Counted from the first letter of the stretch, positions 48,316 through 57,017 are shown. The stretch is DNA of 64,000 nucleotides from Thermoanaerobaculia bacterium (GCA_036488085.1 DASXHZ010000089.1:5578-69577), one strand, 5' to 3'. Numbers and translations: made by a program. The notes: a model not told the origin generated them from the letters alone.

Positions 48316-48797
48316 TGCTGATCGTGCTGCTGCGTCATGGGATCGCGGAGGAAAAGGGCGGCGACAAGCCGGACGAGGAACGCCGTCTCACGCGCGACGG
48401 CAACGACAAGATGAAACGCGTCGCGCGCGCGCTCGCGGAGATACTGCCGGATGCCGGCGCGATCTACAGCAGCCCGCTCGTGCGCGCGTACGAGACGGCG
48501 GAATGGGTGGCGAAGGCCTATGGCACGAAGCTGGAGATCGAAACCACCGACGCCCTCGCGCCCGGTCACGACCCTGCCGAGTTCCGCGACCTGTTGCGAC
48601 GGAGCGGCGGGAAATACAAGTGCGCCTACTACGCCGGCCACGAGCCGCACCTGACGACGCTCATGCTCGCACTGACGAGCATGCATGGCGATGGCGAGCT
48701 CTCGCTCAAGAAAGGCGGCTGCTACGGCCTCGACATCAACGACGCCGATGCCCCCGCCCGCCTCCGCTTCATGCTCGCGCCGGGCTTATTGATCTAG
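48312..48797 (+). CDS. sixA: phosphohistidine phosphatase SixA
   Basis: LLRHGIAE RHG motif of histidine phosphatase superfamily; 4-nt overlap with ppx. Confidence 0.8.
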   Translation: MMLIVLLRHGIAEEKGGDKPDEERRLTRDGNDKMKRVARALAEILPDAGAIYSSPLVRAYETAEWVAKAYGTKLEIETTDALAPGHDPAEFRDLLRRSGGKYKCAYYAGHEPHLTTLMLALTSMHGDGELSLKKGGCYGLDINDADAPARLRFMLAPGLLI

Positions 48798-48814
48798 CTC
48801 TGGGAGCGCGGCGC

Positions 48815-49135
48815 CTCGGCCCCCGTCATCCTGAAAGGTCGTGAAGAAATTTCCCCATCCGTCATCCTGAGTCGCCGAAGCCGCGAAGCGGCGCAGGACG
48901 GCGAAGGAACTCAAAATTCGCAGCTTGTGGCTCACGCGGCGCATTCTGAGATCCTTCGCTGCGCTACGCGGCGGAGCCGCTCCGCCAAGCTCAGGATGAC
49001 GGAAACGAGATTTCTTCACAGCCTCTGAGCCGCCGAAGCGAAGGACGGCGAAGGATCTCAAAATGCGAGGCCTGAGCCGCGCGCAACGCATCTTGAGTTC
49101 CTTCGCTGCGCTTCGCCAGCTCAGGATGACGGTGG
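48815..49135. repeat. family C inverted-repeat elements (GTCATCCTGAG...CGAAGGA type), two to three copies
   Basis: CGTCATCCTGAGTCGCCGAAGC..GCGAAGGAACTCAAAAT and reverse-complement partners; translate to recurrent ..SFAALR.. in shadow ORFs. Confidence 0.55.
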
Positions 49136-49537
49136 GGCGCTGGCCTTCTTCTTCTTTGCCGGCGCCTTCTTCTTCACCGCCTTGTCGTTCTTTTTCGGGG
49201 CCTTGTCGTTCTTCTTCGCGGCCTTCTTGTTCTTCTTCAGCGTCTTCGCCGATTTCTTCAGCACCTTCTTCGCCGACTTCACCGCCTTCTTCCCCACTTT
49301 GACGCCGATGGGGAGGAGGGCGGAGGCGGCGATCACTTCGCCGACCGAGGAGGAAACGCGCGTCACGAAGGCATCCTTCTGTTCGGTGCTCATCGCGCGC
49401 CAGTGCGCGACGAGCGTTTGGAGCGCGTCGGGCTCGGCGCCCTCGGCAGGCGGCGCGGCGCCATCCGCCAGGTGGTCGAGCGCGCGTATCCCGGTGTCGT
49501 GAATGTACGACGCGAGTTTTTTCGGCAAAGCATCCAT
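49121..49537 (-). CDS. lysine-rich histone-H1/AlgP-like protein
   Basis: 138-aa ORF 16 nt downstream of ppk1; C-terminal KKAVKSAKKVLKKSAKTLKKNKKAAKK repeats; overlaps family C repeat. Confidence 0.4.
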   Translation of the reverse strand: MDALPKKLASYIHDTGIRALDHLADGAAPPAEGAEPDALQTLVAHWRAMSTEQKDAFVTRVSSSVGEVIAASALLPIGVKVGKKAVKSAKKVLKKSAKTLKKNKKAAKKNDKAPKKNDKAVKKKAPAKKKKASAPPSS

Positions 49538-49552
49538 GTTCCCTACACCCTC

Positions 49553-51751
49553 CTACTTCTTCTTCTTTTTCGCCTTCCTGCGGAACGAGCCGGCGCGATG
49601 AAGAATCTCTTCGTACGGTCCGATGGCGACCGCCTCCGAGCGCGCCAGCGCGATGAACGCCTCCTGGCTCCGCACCGCCTTCCCGTCCGGCTCGCGGCGG
49701 TGATACTTCCCCTCGGCGTCGAGGTACCACCCCTTCACGTTGTCGGCCAGCGAGATCGGCAGGATCTGCTCCTCGATGCGCCGCTTGATCGTCTCCGAGC
49801 GCACCGGGATCGTCACCTCGATCCGGCGGATGAAATTGCGCGGCATCCAGTCGCCGCTCGAGATCCAGATCTCCGGCGCGCCGGCGTTCTCGAAACGAAA
49901 GACGCGCGAGTGTTCGAGGAAGCGGTCGATGACCGACGTGACGCGGATGTTCTCGCTGACCGACGGCACGCCCGGCACGAGGCAGCAGACCCCGCGCACC
50001 ATCAGGTCGATCTTCACGCCGGCCGAGCTCGCGGCGTACAGCGCCGTGATGACCGCCGCATCGACCACCGCGTTCATCTTCGCGACGATGCGCGCCGGCT
50101 TCCCCTCGCGCGCGTTGCGCGTTTCGCGATCGATCATCGAGAGCGCCCAGCGGTGATAGTCCATCGGCGCCACGACCAGCTCGCGCCACGTGAGCGCCGG
50201 CTCCTTCTGATCGAGCATCTCCTGCACTCCCGCGACGCTGAAACCGGTGAGGAGATTGAGAAGCTGCGCGGCATCCGCAGTGATCTTCTTGTCGGCCGTC
50301 ATCAGATCGAGGTCGGTGTAGAGACGCGCCGTCGTGGCGTTGTAGTTGCCGGTCGAGAGGTGGACGTACCGCCGGAGCGCCGTCCCCTCGCGGCGCACGA
50401 CCAGGCACACCTTGCAGTGCGTCTTCATTCCGATGAGGCCGTACACCACCTGCACGCCCGCCTCTTCGAGGTGCCGCGCCCAGGTGATGTTCTTCTGCTC
50501 GTCGAAGCGCGCCTGCAGTTCGACCACCGCCGTCACCTGCTTGCCGCGTTCCGCCGCCCGGCGCAGCGCCTCGATGGCGGGCGAGTCGGGATCGGTGCGG
50601 TAGAGCGTCTGCTTGATCGCGACGACGTCGGGATCCTCCGCCGCCGACTGCACGAAATCGATCACCGCCGCGAACGAGTCGTACGGGCGGTGCAGCAGCA
50701 CGTCGCCCTTGCGGATGATCGAGAAAATATCCTCGCTCGTCGCGAGCTGCGCCGGGATGCGCGGATTGAACGGCGGATCCTTCAGCCGCGCGTTCCCCTC
50801 GACCTCGTACAGCATCATGAGCTCGTCGAGTTTGAGCGGCCCGGGCGCGGTGTAGACGTCTTCGCGCGCCGCCCCGGTCTTCGCGAGGATCATCGAGAGG
50901 ATGCGCTCGTCCGATCCCGCCTCCACCTCGACCCACACCACCTCGCGCCGCTCGCGCCGCCGCAGCTCGCTCTCGACGCTCTTGAGGAGGTCCTGCACCT
51001 CCTCTTCCTTGATCGAGATGTCGGAGTTGCGGATGACGCGAAAGACGACCGACTTGCGGATCTTCAGCCCGGGGAAGAACTGCTCGATGTGCGACGTGAT
51101 CACGTCTTCGAGCAGGACGAATCTCCCCTTCTCGCCATAAAACACGACCCGCGGCGAGAGCTCCGGAATCTTGACGACGACCAGATACCGCTCGCCGCGT
51201 CCCGACTCGAGCTGCAGCGCGAGGTTCAGCGCGCGATTCGCGAGAAACGGAAACGGATGTCCCGGGTCGATCGCCAGCGGCGTGAGGATCGGCTCGAGGT
51301 CGCTGTTGAAGTACTCCTGAACTGCGGCGCGATCGCGCTTGCCGAGGTCGGCGACGCGGTCGATGCGGATCCCTTCCCTCTTCAGCGCAGGGAGCACCTC
51401 GTCGGTGAGACACCCGTACATCCCGTCCAGGAGGTGGCGCACCCGCTTGCGGATCGCCTCGAGCTTCTCCACCTGCTGCGCGGTCGGAACGGCCTGCGCG
51501 GTGATCAGGTCGCGCACCTCGCCGACGCGGATCATCAGGAACTCGTCGAGGTTGTGCGCCGCGATGGAGAGGAACTTCAGGCGCTCCAGCAGCGGGACGT
51601 CGGGGTTCTGCGCCTCGCCGAGAACCCGGCGGTTGAACTCGATCCAGCTCAGCTCGCGGTCGAACAGCGGCGCCCGAACCTCCGCGATGGGCGGCGGTGG
51701 GGTACTCTCGCTCGGCGCGATCGTCCCAACTTCCTCGGGAGTGACCGACAT
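49553..51751 (-). CDS. ppk: polyphosphate kinase 1
   Basis: 732 aa; N-domain, autophosphorylated-His region and two PLD-like C domains. Confidence 0.9.
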   Translation of the reverse strand: MSVTPEEVGTIAPSESTPPPPIAEVRAPLFDRELSWIEFNRRVLGEAQNPDVPLLERLKFLSIAAHNLDEFLMIRVGEVRDLITAQAVPTAQQVEKLEAIRKRVRHLLDGMYGCLTDEVLPALKREGIRIDRVADLGKRDRAAVQEYFNSDLEPILTPLAIDPGHPFPFLANRALNLALQLESGRGERYLVVVKIPELSPRVVFYGEKGRFVLLEDVITSHIEQFFPGLKIRKSVVFRVIRNSDISIKEEEVQDLLKSVESELRRRERREVVWVEVEAGSDERILSMILAKTGAAREDVYTAPGPLKLDELMMLYEVEGNARLKDPPFNPRIPAQLATSEDIFSIIRKGDVLLHRPYDSFAAVIDFVQSAAEDPDVVAIKQTLYRTDPDSPAIEALRRAAERGKQVTAVVELQARFDEQKNITWARHLEEAGVQVVYGLIGMKTHCKVCLVVRREGTALRRYVHLSTGNYNATTARLYTDLDLMTADKKITADAAQLLNLLTGFSVAGVQEMLDQKEPALTWRELVVAPMDYHRWALSMIDRETRNAREGKPARIVAKMNAVVDAAVITALYAASSAGVKIDLMVRGVCCLVPGVPSVSENIRVTSVIDRFLEHSRVFRFENAGAPEIWISSGDWMPRNFIRRIEVTIPVRSETIKRRIEEQILPISLADNVKGWYLDAEGKYHRREPDGKAVRSQEAFIALARSEAVAIGPYEEILHRAGSFRRKAKKKKK

Positions 51752-51792
51752 GCCCTTTTCGGCGCCATCCTATGTTGCGGAGTTCTGCGGTG

Positions 51793-51811
51793 GTGTAAAT
51801 TTCCCATGAAG
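51793..51811 (-). promoter_or_regulatory. Pho-box-like site in divergent ppk1/ppk2 promoter (TTCATG-ggaaa-TTTACA on minus strand)
   Basis: matches TTYAYR-N5-TTTACA pattern, 42-60 nt upstream of ppk1. Confidence 0.35.
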
Positions 51812-51825
51812 CCCGAGCCAACCTC

Positions 51826-52596
51826 ATGAAATTTCGACTCGATGATTTCGACCCGGGCGACACCAGCGCCGCGCCCGGCGACAAGGACCAGACCCACAAG
51901 AAACTCGAAAAGGCGGAGGAACGCCTCGGCGAGCTGCAGGAGCTGCTCTTCGCCGACCACAGCCGCGCGCTCCTGATCGTGCTTCAAGGGATGGACACCT
52001 CGGGGAAGGACGGCACCGTCCGCCACGTGATGCACGGCGTCAGCCCCCTCGGCGTCCGCGCCGTTCCGTTCAAGAAGCCGACCGCCGCCGAGCTCGATCA
52101 CGACTTCCTCTGGCGCGCGCACGCACAGACGCCCGGCAAGGGCGAGATCGTCATCTTCAACCGCAGCCACTACGAAGACGTGCTCATCGTCCGCGTCCAC
52201 GGCTGGATCGACGAGGACGAGTGCAAGCGCCGCTACGACCGGATCAACGACTTCGAACGGCTGCTCGTCGACAACGGGACGATCGTCCTCAAGTTCTTCC
52301 TCAACATCAGCAAAGACGAGCAGCGCAAGCGCCTCCGCAACCGCGTCGAAGACCCGACCAAGCGCTGGAAGTTCCAGTTCGGCGATCTCGACGAGCGGAA
52401 GCTGTGGTCCGAGTATCAGGACGCGTACGAGGCGGCCATCGAGAAGACGTCGGCCAAGCACGCGCCGTGGATCGTCGTCCCCGCCGACCACAAGTGGGTG
52501 CGCAACTACGTCGTCGCAAAAACGATCGTGGAGAAGCTCGAAAGCCTCGACCTGAAATACCCCGACCCCGATCTGAAAGCCGCGGTGATCGATTGA
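51826..52596 (+). CDS. polyphosphate kinase 2 family protein
   Basis: Walker A GMDTSGKDG, lid and Walker B typical of PPK2. Confidence 0.85.
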   Translation: MKFRLDDFDPGDTSAAPGDKDQTHKKLEKAEERLGELQELLFADHSRALLIVLQGMDTSGKDGTVRHVMHGVSPLGVRAVPFKKPTAAELDHDFLWRAHAQTPGKGEIVIFNRSHYEDVLIVRVHGWIDEDECKRRYDRINDFERLLVDNGTIVLKFFLNISKDEQRKRLRNRVEDPTKRWKFQFGDLDERKLWSEYQDAYEAAIEKTSAKHAPWIVVPADHKWVRNYVVAKTIVEKLESLDLKYPDPDLKAAVID

Positions 52597-52603
52597 GGAG
52601 AGC

Positions 52604-54280
52604 GTGACCTCCGCGGTCCCGCTCTCGATCGCGCCGCGCGAGGACCAGGTGTGGCCCACGCTGACGCCGGCGCAAATCGAGCGCATCGCGAAGCACGGCC
52701 GGCACCGCTCGCTACAGGCGGGCGACGTGATCCTCGAGGCGGGCCAGTTGGAGTTCCCGTTTTTCGTCGTGACCGCCGGAGAGCTCGCCGTCATGCGCCC
52801 CACGTGCGATGGGGAGCAGCTCCTCGCGACGTATCGCCGCGGGTCGTTCAGCGGGGAGATCAACATCCTCTCCGGCCGCCGCCCGATGGTCACCATTCGC
52901 GCCGTCGCGGCGAGCGAGGTGATCGAGGTGCCGCGCGACGCGCTGCTCGCCCTCGTGCAAACCGACGGGGAGCTGAGCGCGGTCCTGATGCGCGCGTTCA
53001 TTCTCCGGCGCTCGCTCCTCCTCGATCAGGGTTTCGGCGACGTTCTGATCCTCGGCTCCGCGTACTCGCCGCGAACGCTGCAGCTCCGCGAGTTCCTCGT
53101 GCGCAACGCGCACCCGGCGACGTTCATCGATCTCGACCGCGACGCGATCGCGCAGGAGATCCTCGACCATTTCAACGTCTCGGTCGATGAGATTCCGCTC
53201 GTCGTCTGCCGGCGCGAGGTCGTGCTGCGCGATCCGACGAACGCCGAAGTGGCGGAGTGCCTCGGCTTCAACGAATCGATCGACTTCGATGAGCAGCACG
53301 TCCGCGACGTCGTCATCGTCGGCGCGGGACCGGCCGGTCTCGGCGCCGCCGTCTACGCGGCATCGGAAGGGCTGGACGTGCTCATGATCGAGGGGAACGC
53401 GCCCGGCGGTCAGGCCGGCTCCAGCATGCGCATCGAAAACTACCTCGGCTTTCCCTCGGGCATCACCGGCCAGGAGCTCGCCACGCGCGCGTTCACCCAG
53501 GCCGAGAAATTCGGCGCACAGCTCCTGATCGCTCGAACCGCGGCGCGCCTCGGCTGCGACACGCGTCCGTTCACGGTCGAGATCGACAAGGGGACGCGGC
53601 TCCATGCCAGAACCGTCATCATCGCGACCGGAGCCGAGTATCGCGGGCTCCCGGTCGAGAACCTGTCGAAGTTCAACGGCGCCGGCGTCTACTACTTCGC
53701 GACGCCGATGGAGGCGCAGCTCTGCAAGGGCGAGACGGTGATGCTCGTCGGCGGCGGCAACTCCGCGGGCCAGGCCGCCGTCTACCTCGCCGAGCGCGCG
53801 AACCGCGTCATCATGATGGTGCGGAAGGGGGAGCTCGCCGACAGCATGTCGCGCTACCTCGTCCGCCGCATCGAAGACAACCCCGCGATCGAAGTCCGGA
53901 CGCAGTGCGAGGTGGTTGCCGTCGAAGGCGGCGACCACCTCGAGCGCGTCCATTGCCGCAACGGCGCGACGGGCGCCGTGGACGTCGAGCAGATCCGGCA
54001 CCTCTTCGTGATGACCGGCGCGCTTCCGGCGACGAAGTGGCTGGAGGGCTGTGTGGCGCTCGACGACCGCGGCTTCATCAAGACCGGCCCCGACCTCACG
54101 CGCGAGGACCTCGACGCCGCGCAATGGCCGCTGACCCGTTCGCCGCATCTCCTCGAGACCAGCCTCCCCGGCGTCTTCGCGGTCGGCGACGTCCGCGGCG
54201 GCAACATCAAACGCGTCGCCTCGGCAGTCGGCGAAGGCGCCATCGCCGTCGCCTTCGTGCATCAAGTTCTCAGCGAATAG
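52604..54280 (+). CDS. cyclic-nucleotide-binding domain fused to thioredoxin-reductase-like FAD/NAD(P) oxidoreductase
   Basis: N-terminal cNMP-binding beta-barrel (FGEINILSGRRPMVTIRA), then VVIVGAGPAGLGAAVYAA and LVGGGNSAGQAAVYLA dinucleotide folds. Confidence 0.8.
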   Translation: MTSAVPLSIAPREDQVWPTLTPAQIERIAKHGRHRSLQAGDVILEAGQLEFPFFVVTAGELAVMRPTCDGEQLLATYRRGSFSGEINILSGRRPMVTIRAVAASEVIEVPRDALLALVQTDGELSAVLMRAFILRRSLLLDQGFGDVLILGSAYSPRTLQLREFLVRNAHPATFIDLDRDAIAQEILDHFNVSVDEIPLVVCRREVVLRDPTNAEVAECLGFNESIDFDEQHVRDVVIVGAGPAGLGAAVYAASEGLDVLMIEGNAPGGQAGSSMRIENYLGFPSGITGQELATRAFTQAEKFGAQLLIARTAARLGCDTRPFTVEIDKGTRLHARTVIIATGAEYRGLPVENLSKFNGAGVYYFATPMEAQLCKGETVMLVGGGNSAGQAAVYLAERANRVIMMVRKGELADSMSRYLVRRIEDNPAIEVRTQCEVVAVEGGDHLERVHCRNGATGAVDVEQIRHLFVMTGALPATKWLEGCVALDDRGFIKTGPDLTREDLDAAQWPLTRSPHLLETSLPGVFAVGDVRGGNIKRVASAVGEGAIAVAFVHQVLSE

Positions 54281-54318
54281 CTCTCGATCCAGGGCCGGCT
54301 GAGAGCCGGCCCCACACA

Positions 54319-54729
54319 CTAGTCGATCAGGAACATCCGAAGGCGTTGCTGTATCCCGTCGCGAACGCTGCGAAAGGCGCTCAGACGCTCCTCGTCCGTG
54401 CCGGTCGCCTTGCTCGGGTCGTCGAAGCTCCAGTGAATTCGCTGCGTGCCGTTCGGGAACAGCGGGCAGGTCTCGTTCGCGCGGTCGCAGACGGTAATCA
54501 CGTAGTCGAAATGCTGTCCCGCGAGCTCGCCGAGCGTCTTCGAGCGCTGGCTGCTGATGTCGACACCGATGTCACGCATCGCCGCGATCGCGAGCGGGTG
54601 GACCCGTGTGGCCTCGGTTCCCGCGCTGAACGCCTCGAATTGATCGCCCGCCATCTCGCGGAGCAGCCCTTCCGCCATCTGACTCCGGGCGGAGTTGTGC
54701 GTGCAGAGGAAGAGAACGCGTTTCTTCAT
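54319..54729 (-). CDS. arsC: arsenate reductase, LMW-PTP/thioredoxin-coupled type
   Basis: VLFLCTHNSARSQMAE CX5R P-loop, additional Cys residues; ATG at 54729 verified. Confidence 0.8.
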   Translation of the reverse strand: MKKRVLFLCTHNSARSQMAEGLLREMAGDQFEAFSAGTEATRVHPLAIAAMRDIGVDISSQRSKTLGELAGQHFDYVITVCDRANETCPLFPNGTQRIHWSFDDPSKATGTDEERLSAFRSVRDGIQQRLRMFLID

Positions 54730-55385
54730 TTGGTGTCCTTGCCGAGCCACCGAAACAGGAGAGTGGCGGCCAGCGCCCCGGCGAGCTGCGCCGCGATGAA
54801 GGCCGGGATTCCGCTCGGTTCGATGCCGGAGAATGTGTCGGTCAGTCCGCGCGCCACGGTCACCGCGGGATTCGCGAAGCTCGTGCTCGACGTGAACCAG
54901 TACGCCGCGGTGATGTAGGCGGCGACCGTCAGCGGCACTACCGCCGCGCGCTTGCCCGTCCCGTGGATGACGACGAGCAGGCCGAACGTCGCGACGAACT
55001 CGCTGAAGAGCATCGCGCCGCCGGCACGCGAGTGATGCGACAGAACGATCAGTGGATGTTCGAACATCGCGTGCGCGGCCATGACGCCGGCGATCGCGCC
55101 GGCCGTCTGCGCCACGATGTAGCCGGGGACGCGCCGCCACGCGAACCCGCCTTCCAACGCCGCCGCAAGCGAGACCGCCGGATTGAAGTGTGCGCCGGAG
55201 ATCGGAGCAAAGGTGAAGATGAGCGTGACGAGCACGGCACCCGTCGCGATGCTGTTCGCCATCAGCGCCAAAGCGAGATTGCCGCCGGACAGCCTCTCCC
55301 CCATGATTCCCGAGCCGACGACTGCCGCCACCAGCAACGCCGTTCCGATGGCTTCGCTCACGAACGAACGCATCGCCTTCATCAT
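54726..55385 (-). CDS. MIP-family aquaglyceroporin (putative arsenite channel)
   Basis: two NPA boxes (HFNPAVS, FANPAVT); 4-nt overlap with arsC. Confidence 0.85.
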   Translation of the reverse strand: MMKAMRSFVSEAIGTALLVAAVVGSGIMGERLSGGNLALALMANSIATGAVLVTLIFTFAPISGAHFNPAVSLAAALEGGFAWRRVPGYIVAQTAGAIAGVMAAHAMFEHPLIVLSHHSRAGGAMLFSEFVATFGLLVVIHGTGKRAAVVPLTVAAYITAAYWFTSSTSFANPAVTVARGLTDTFSGIEPSGIPAFIAAQLAGALAATLLFRWLGKDTK

Positions 55386-55406
55386 ATCCGCTTGCGCGGA
55401 TGCATG

Positions 55407-55434
55407 GACTAGTGACTAGTGACTAGTGACTAGT
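55407..55434. repeat. (GACTAGT)x4 perfect heptamer tandem, each unit containing the palindrome ACTAGT
   Basis: read directly; lies 22 nt upstream of aquaporin ATG and encodes the last codons and stop of the EAL gene. Confidence 0.8.
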
Positions 55435-56234
55435 CGCATCACCCGTGTACTGACCGCGCGCGATAGCAGTTGCGGCCGCGGCATCGGCCGGCCGAAAAGG
55501 AATCCCTGCGCCCATTCGACGCCGCAGGCGACGAGCGCCTCCGCTTCCTGCCACGTCTCGACCCCCTCGGCGATCAGCACCGCGCCGATGTTCCGCGCGA
55601 ACTCGGTCATCGACCGGACGATCCGCTGTTTATACGGCTCGCGGTCGACGCGGCGCGTCACCGCCATGTCGAGCTTGAGGTAGTGCGGCACGCACGAGAT
55701 CAGCGTCCGCAGACCGCTGTTGCCGGCGCCGAAGTCGTCGAGCGCGATGTCGAACCCCTGGCCGGCGTAGTGGCGCACCAGCGCCTCGAACTTGTCGTAG
55801 TCGCCGATCGACGCGCGCTCGGTGATCTCGATGACGATCTGCGACGGCGCGATTCCATGCTGCTCGAGCACCGCGCGTGTGAAGCCGCTCACGAAGCGCG
55901 GATCGTCCAGCACGTCGGGGCTGACGTTGAGGAAATACGTGTACTGGCGCAGCGTCTTCGGCAGCGCGGCGATGGCGCCGAGCCCCGCGATCCGGCAGGC
56001 GCGCTCCAGCTCCCACGTCGCGCCGATCTCGCGGGCCCGGTCGAACAGCCGGCTCGGCGCCGTGAACGGCTCGGGACCGCGCGAGAGAACTTCGAAGCCG
56101 GCCGCGACGCCGTGGCGGAGGTCGACGATCGCCTGAAACATCGGCGTGATCAGCGACGCGTCGATGCCGGCGAGCAGCGAGTCGAGGGCAAAGTCGGATT
56201 CCTGTGCGAGAGCGGACATGACGAAGGCCTCCAT
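55416..56234 (-). CDS. stand-alone EAL domain protein (putative c-di-GMP phosphodiesterase)
   Basis: EIT.ER (EVIEITER-like), DDFGAG, and KLD loop motifs. Confidence 0.8.
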   Translation of the reverse strand: MEAFVMSALAQESDFALDSLLAGIDASLITPMFQAIVDLRHGVAAGFEVLSRGPEPFTAPSRLFDRAREIGATWELERACRIAGLGAIAALPKTLRQYTYFLNVSPDVLDDPRFVSGFTRAVLEQHGIAPSQIVIEITERASIGDYDKFEALVRHYAGQGFDIALDDFGAGNSGLRTLISCVPHYLKLDMAVTRRVDREPYKQRIVRSMTEFARNIGAVLIAEGVETWQEAEALVACGVEWAQGFLFGRPMPRPQLLSRAVSTRVMRLVTSH

Positions 56235-56285
56235 GGCCGAGAGCCTATGGAGCGCCGCGTTCGCAGTCCGCCGAGTTGCGTGAGG

Positions 56286-56345
56286 AGGGAGTAAAGGTTC
56301 TGTGTGCGGGGTCGGCTCTCAGCCGACCCAGGGCCGGCTGAGAGC
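56286..56345. repeat. family B REP doublet (GGTCGGCTCTCAGCCGACC + GGCCGGCTGAGAGCCGGCC flanked by TGTGTG/CACACAC)
   Basis: same hairpin pair at 36455-36512, single hairpins at 32940-32975, 54283-54318, 56495-56545, 58935-58965. Confidence 0.7.
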
Positions 56346-56700
56346 CGGCCCCACACACTACTCCTCCGTGCGCTTGCGCCGCTTCTTCTGCCGCTCGAGC
56401 TTCCGGAGGCGCTGCATCTCCTCGTAAATGGGGATCAACTGCTCGTTCTCGGGTAAGCGCACCAGGTGCTTGGTCACGGCGAAGGCGTGGTCAGCGATCG
56501 GCTCTCAGCCGACCCAGGGCCGGCTGAGAGCCGGCCCCACACACTACTCCTCCGTGCGCTTGCGCCGCTTCTTCTGCCGCTCGAGCTTGCGGAGACGCTG
56601 CATCTCCTCGTAAATGGGGATCAGTATCTCGTTCTCGGGTAAGCGCACGAGATGCTTCGTCACGGCGAAGGCGTGGTCGGCGATCAACCCGAGCTTGTAG
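56305..56700. repeat. ~195-bp direct tandem duplication including gene 3' end plus REP hairpin
   Basis: 56310-56498 vs 56499-56690 near-identical; creates a duplicated C-terminal fragment (..ADHAFAVTKHLVRLPENE(Q/I)LIPIYEEMQRLRKLERQKKRRKRTEE). Confidence 0.7.
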
Positions 56701-57011
56701 CGGCGCATGAGGTTGGCGCTGCTGACGCCGTTGAAGATCTCCCGAAGATCGGCTTCTACCGCCGCCCACCGGGTGGTCAGCATGATGAGATCTGTGACTT
56801 CATCGGACGACAGCCCGATGGCGGCGGAAACCCTGTCCGACGTTCCGATGGCACTCATCGCTGCGGACACCGTCTCAGGCGAGTGCCTGATGCGATCGCG
56901 AAGGTCGCGCCGCTGCTGCGCCGTCATCGGCGTGTAATCATCTTCGATGGTAGAGCGCACGGCGCGCAACTGCTGCTGAACGTCTTCCGGCGTCGATTTC
57001 TGCTTCGGCAT
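56544..57011 (-). CDS. hypothetical protein with possible PhoU-like repeat (LIADHAFAV)
   Basis: 155-aa ORF from MPKQKS..; ORF stays open a further 123 codons upstream through the 21-bp repeat array, so true start uncertain. Confidence 0.4.
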   Translation of the reverse strand: MPKQKSTPEDVQQQLRAVRSTIEDDYTPMTAQQRRDLRDRIRHSPETVSAAMSAIGTSDRVSAAIGLSSDEVTDLIMLTTRWAAVEADLREIFNGVSSANLMRRYKLGLIADHAFAVTKHLVRLPENEILIPIYEEMQRLRKLERQKKRRKRTEE

Positions 57012-57017
57012 CACTTG

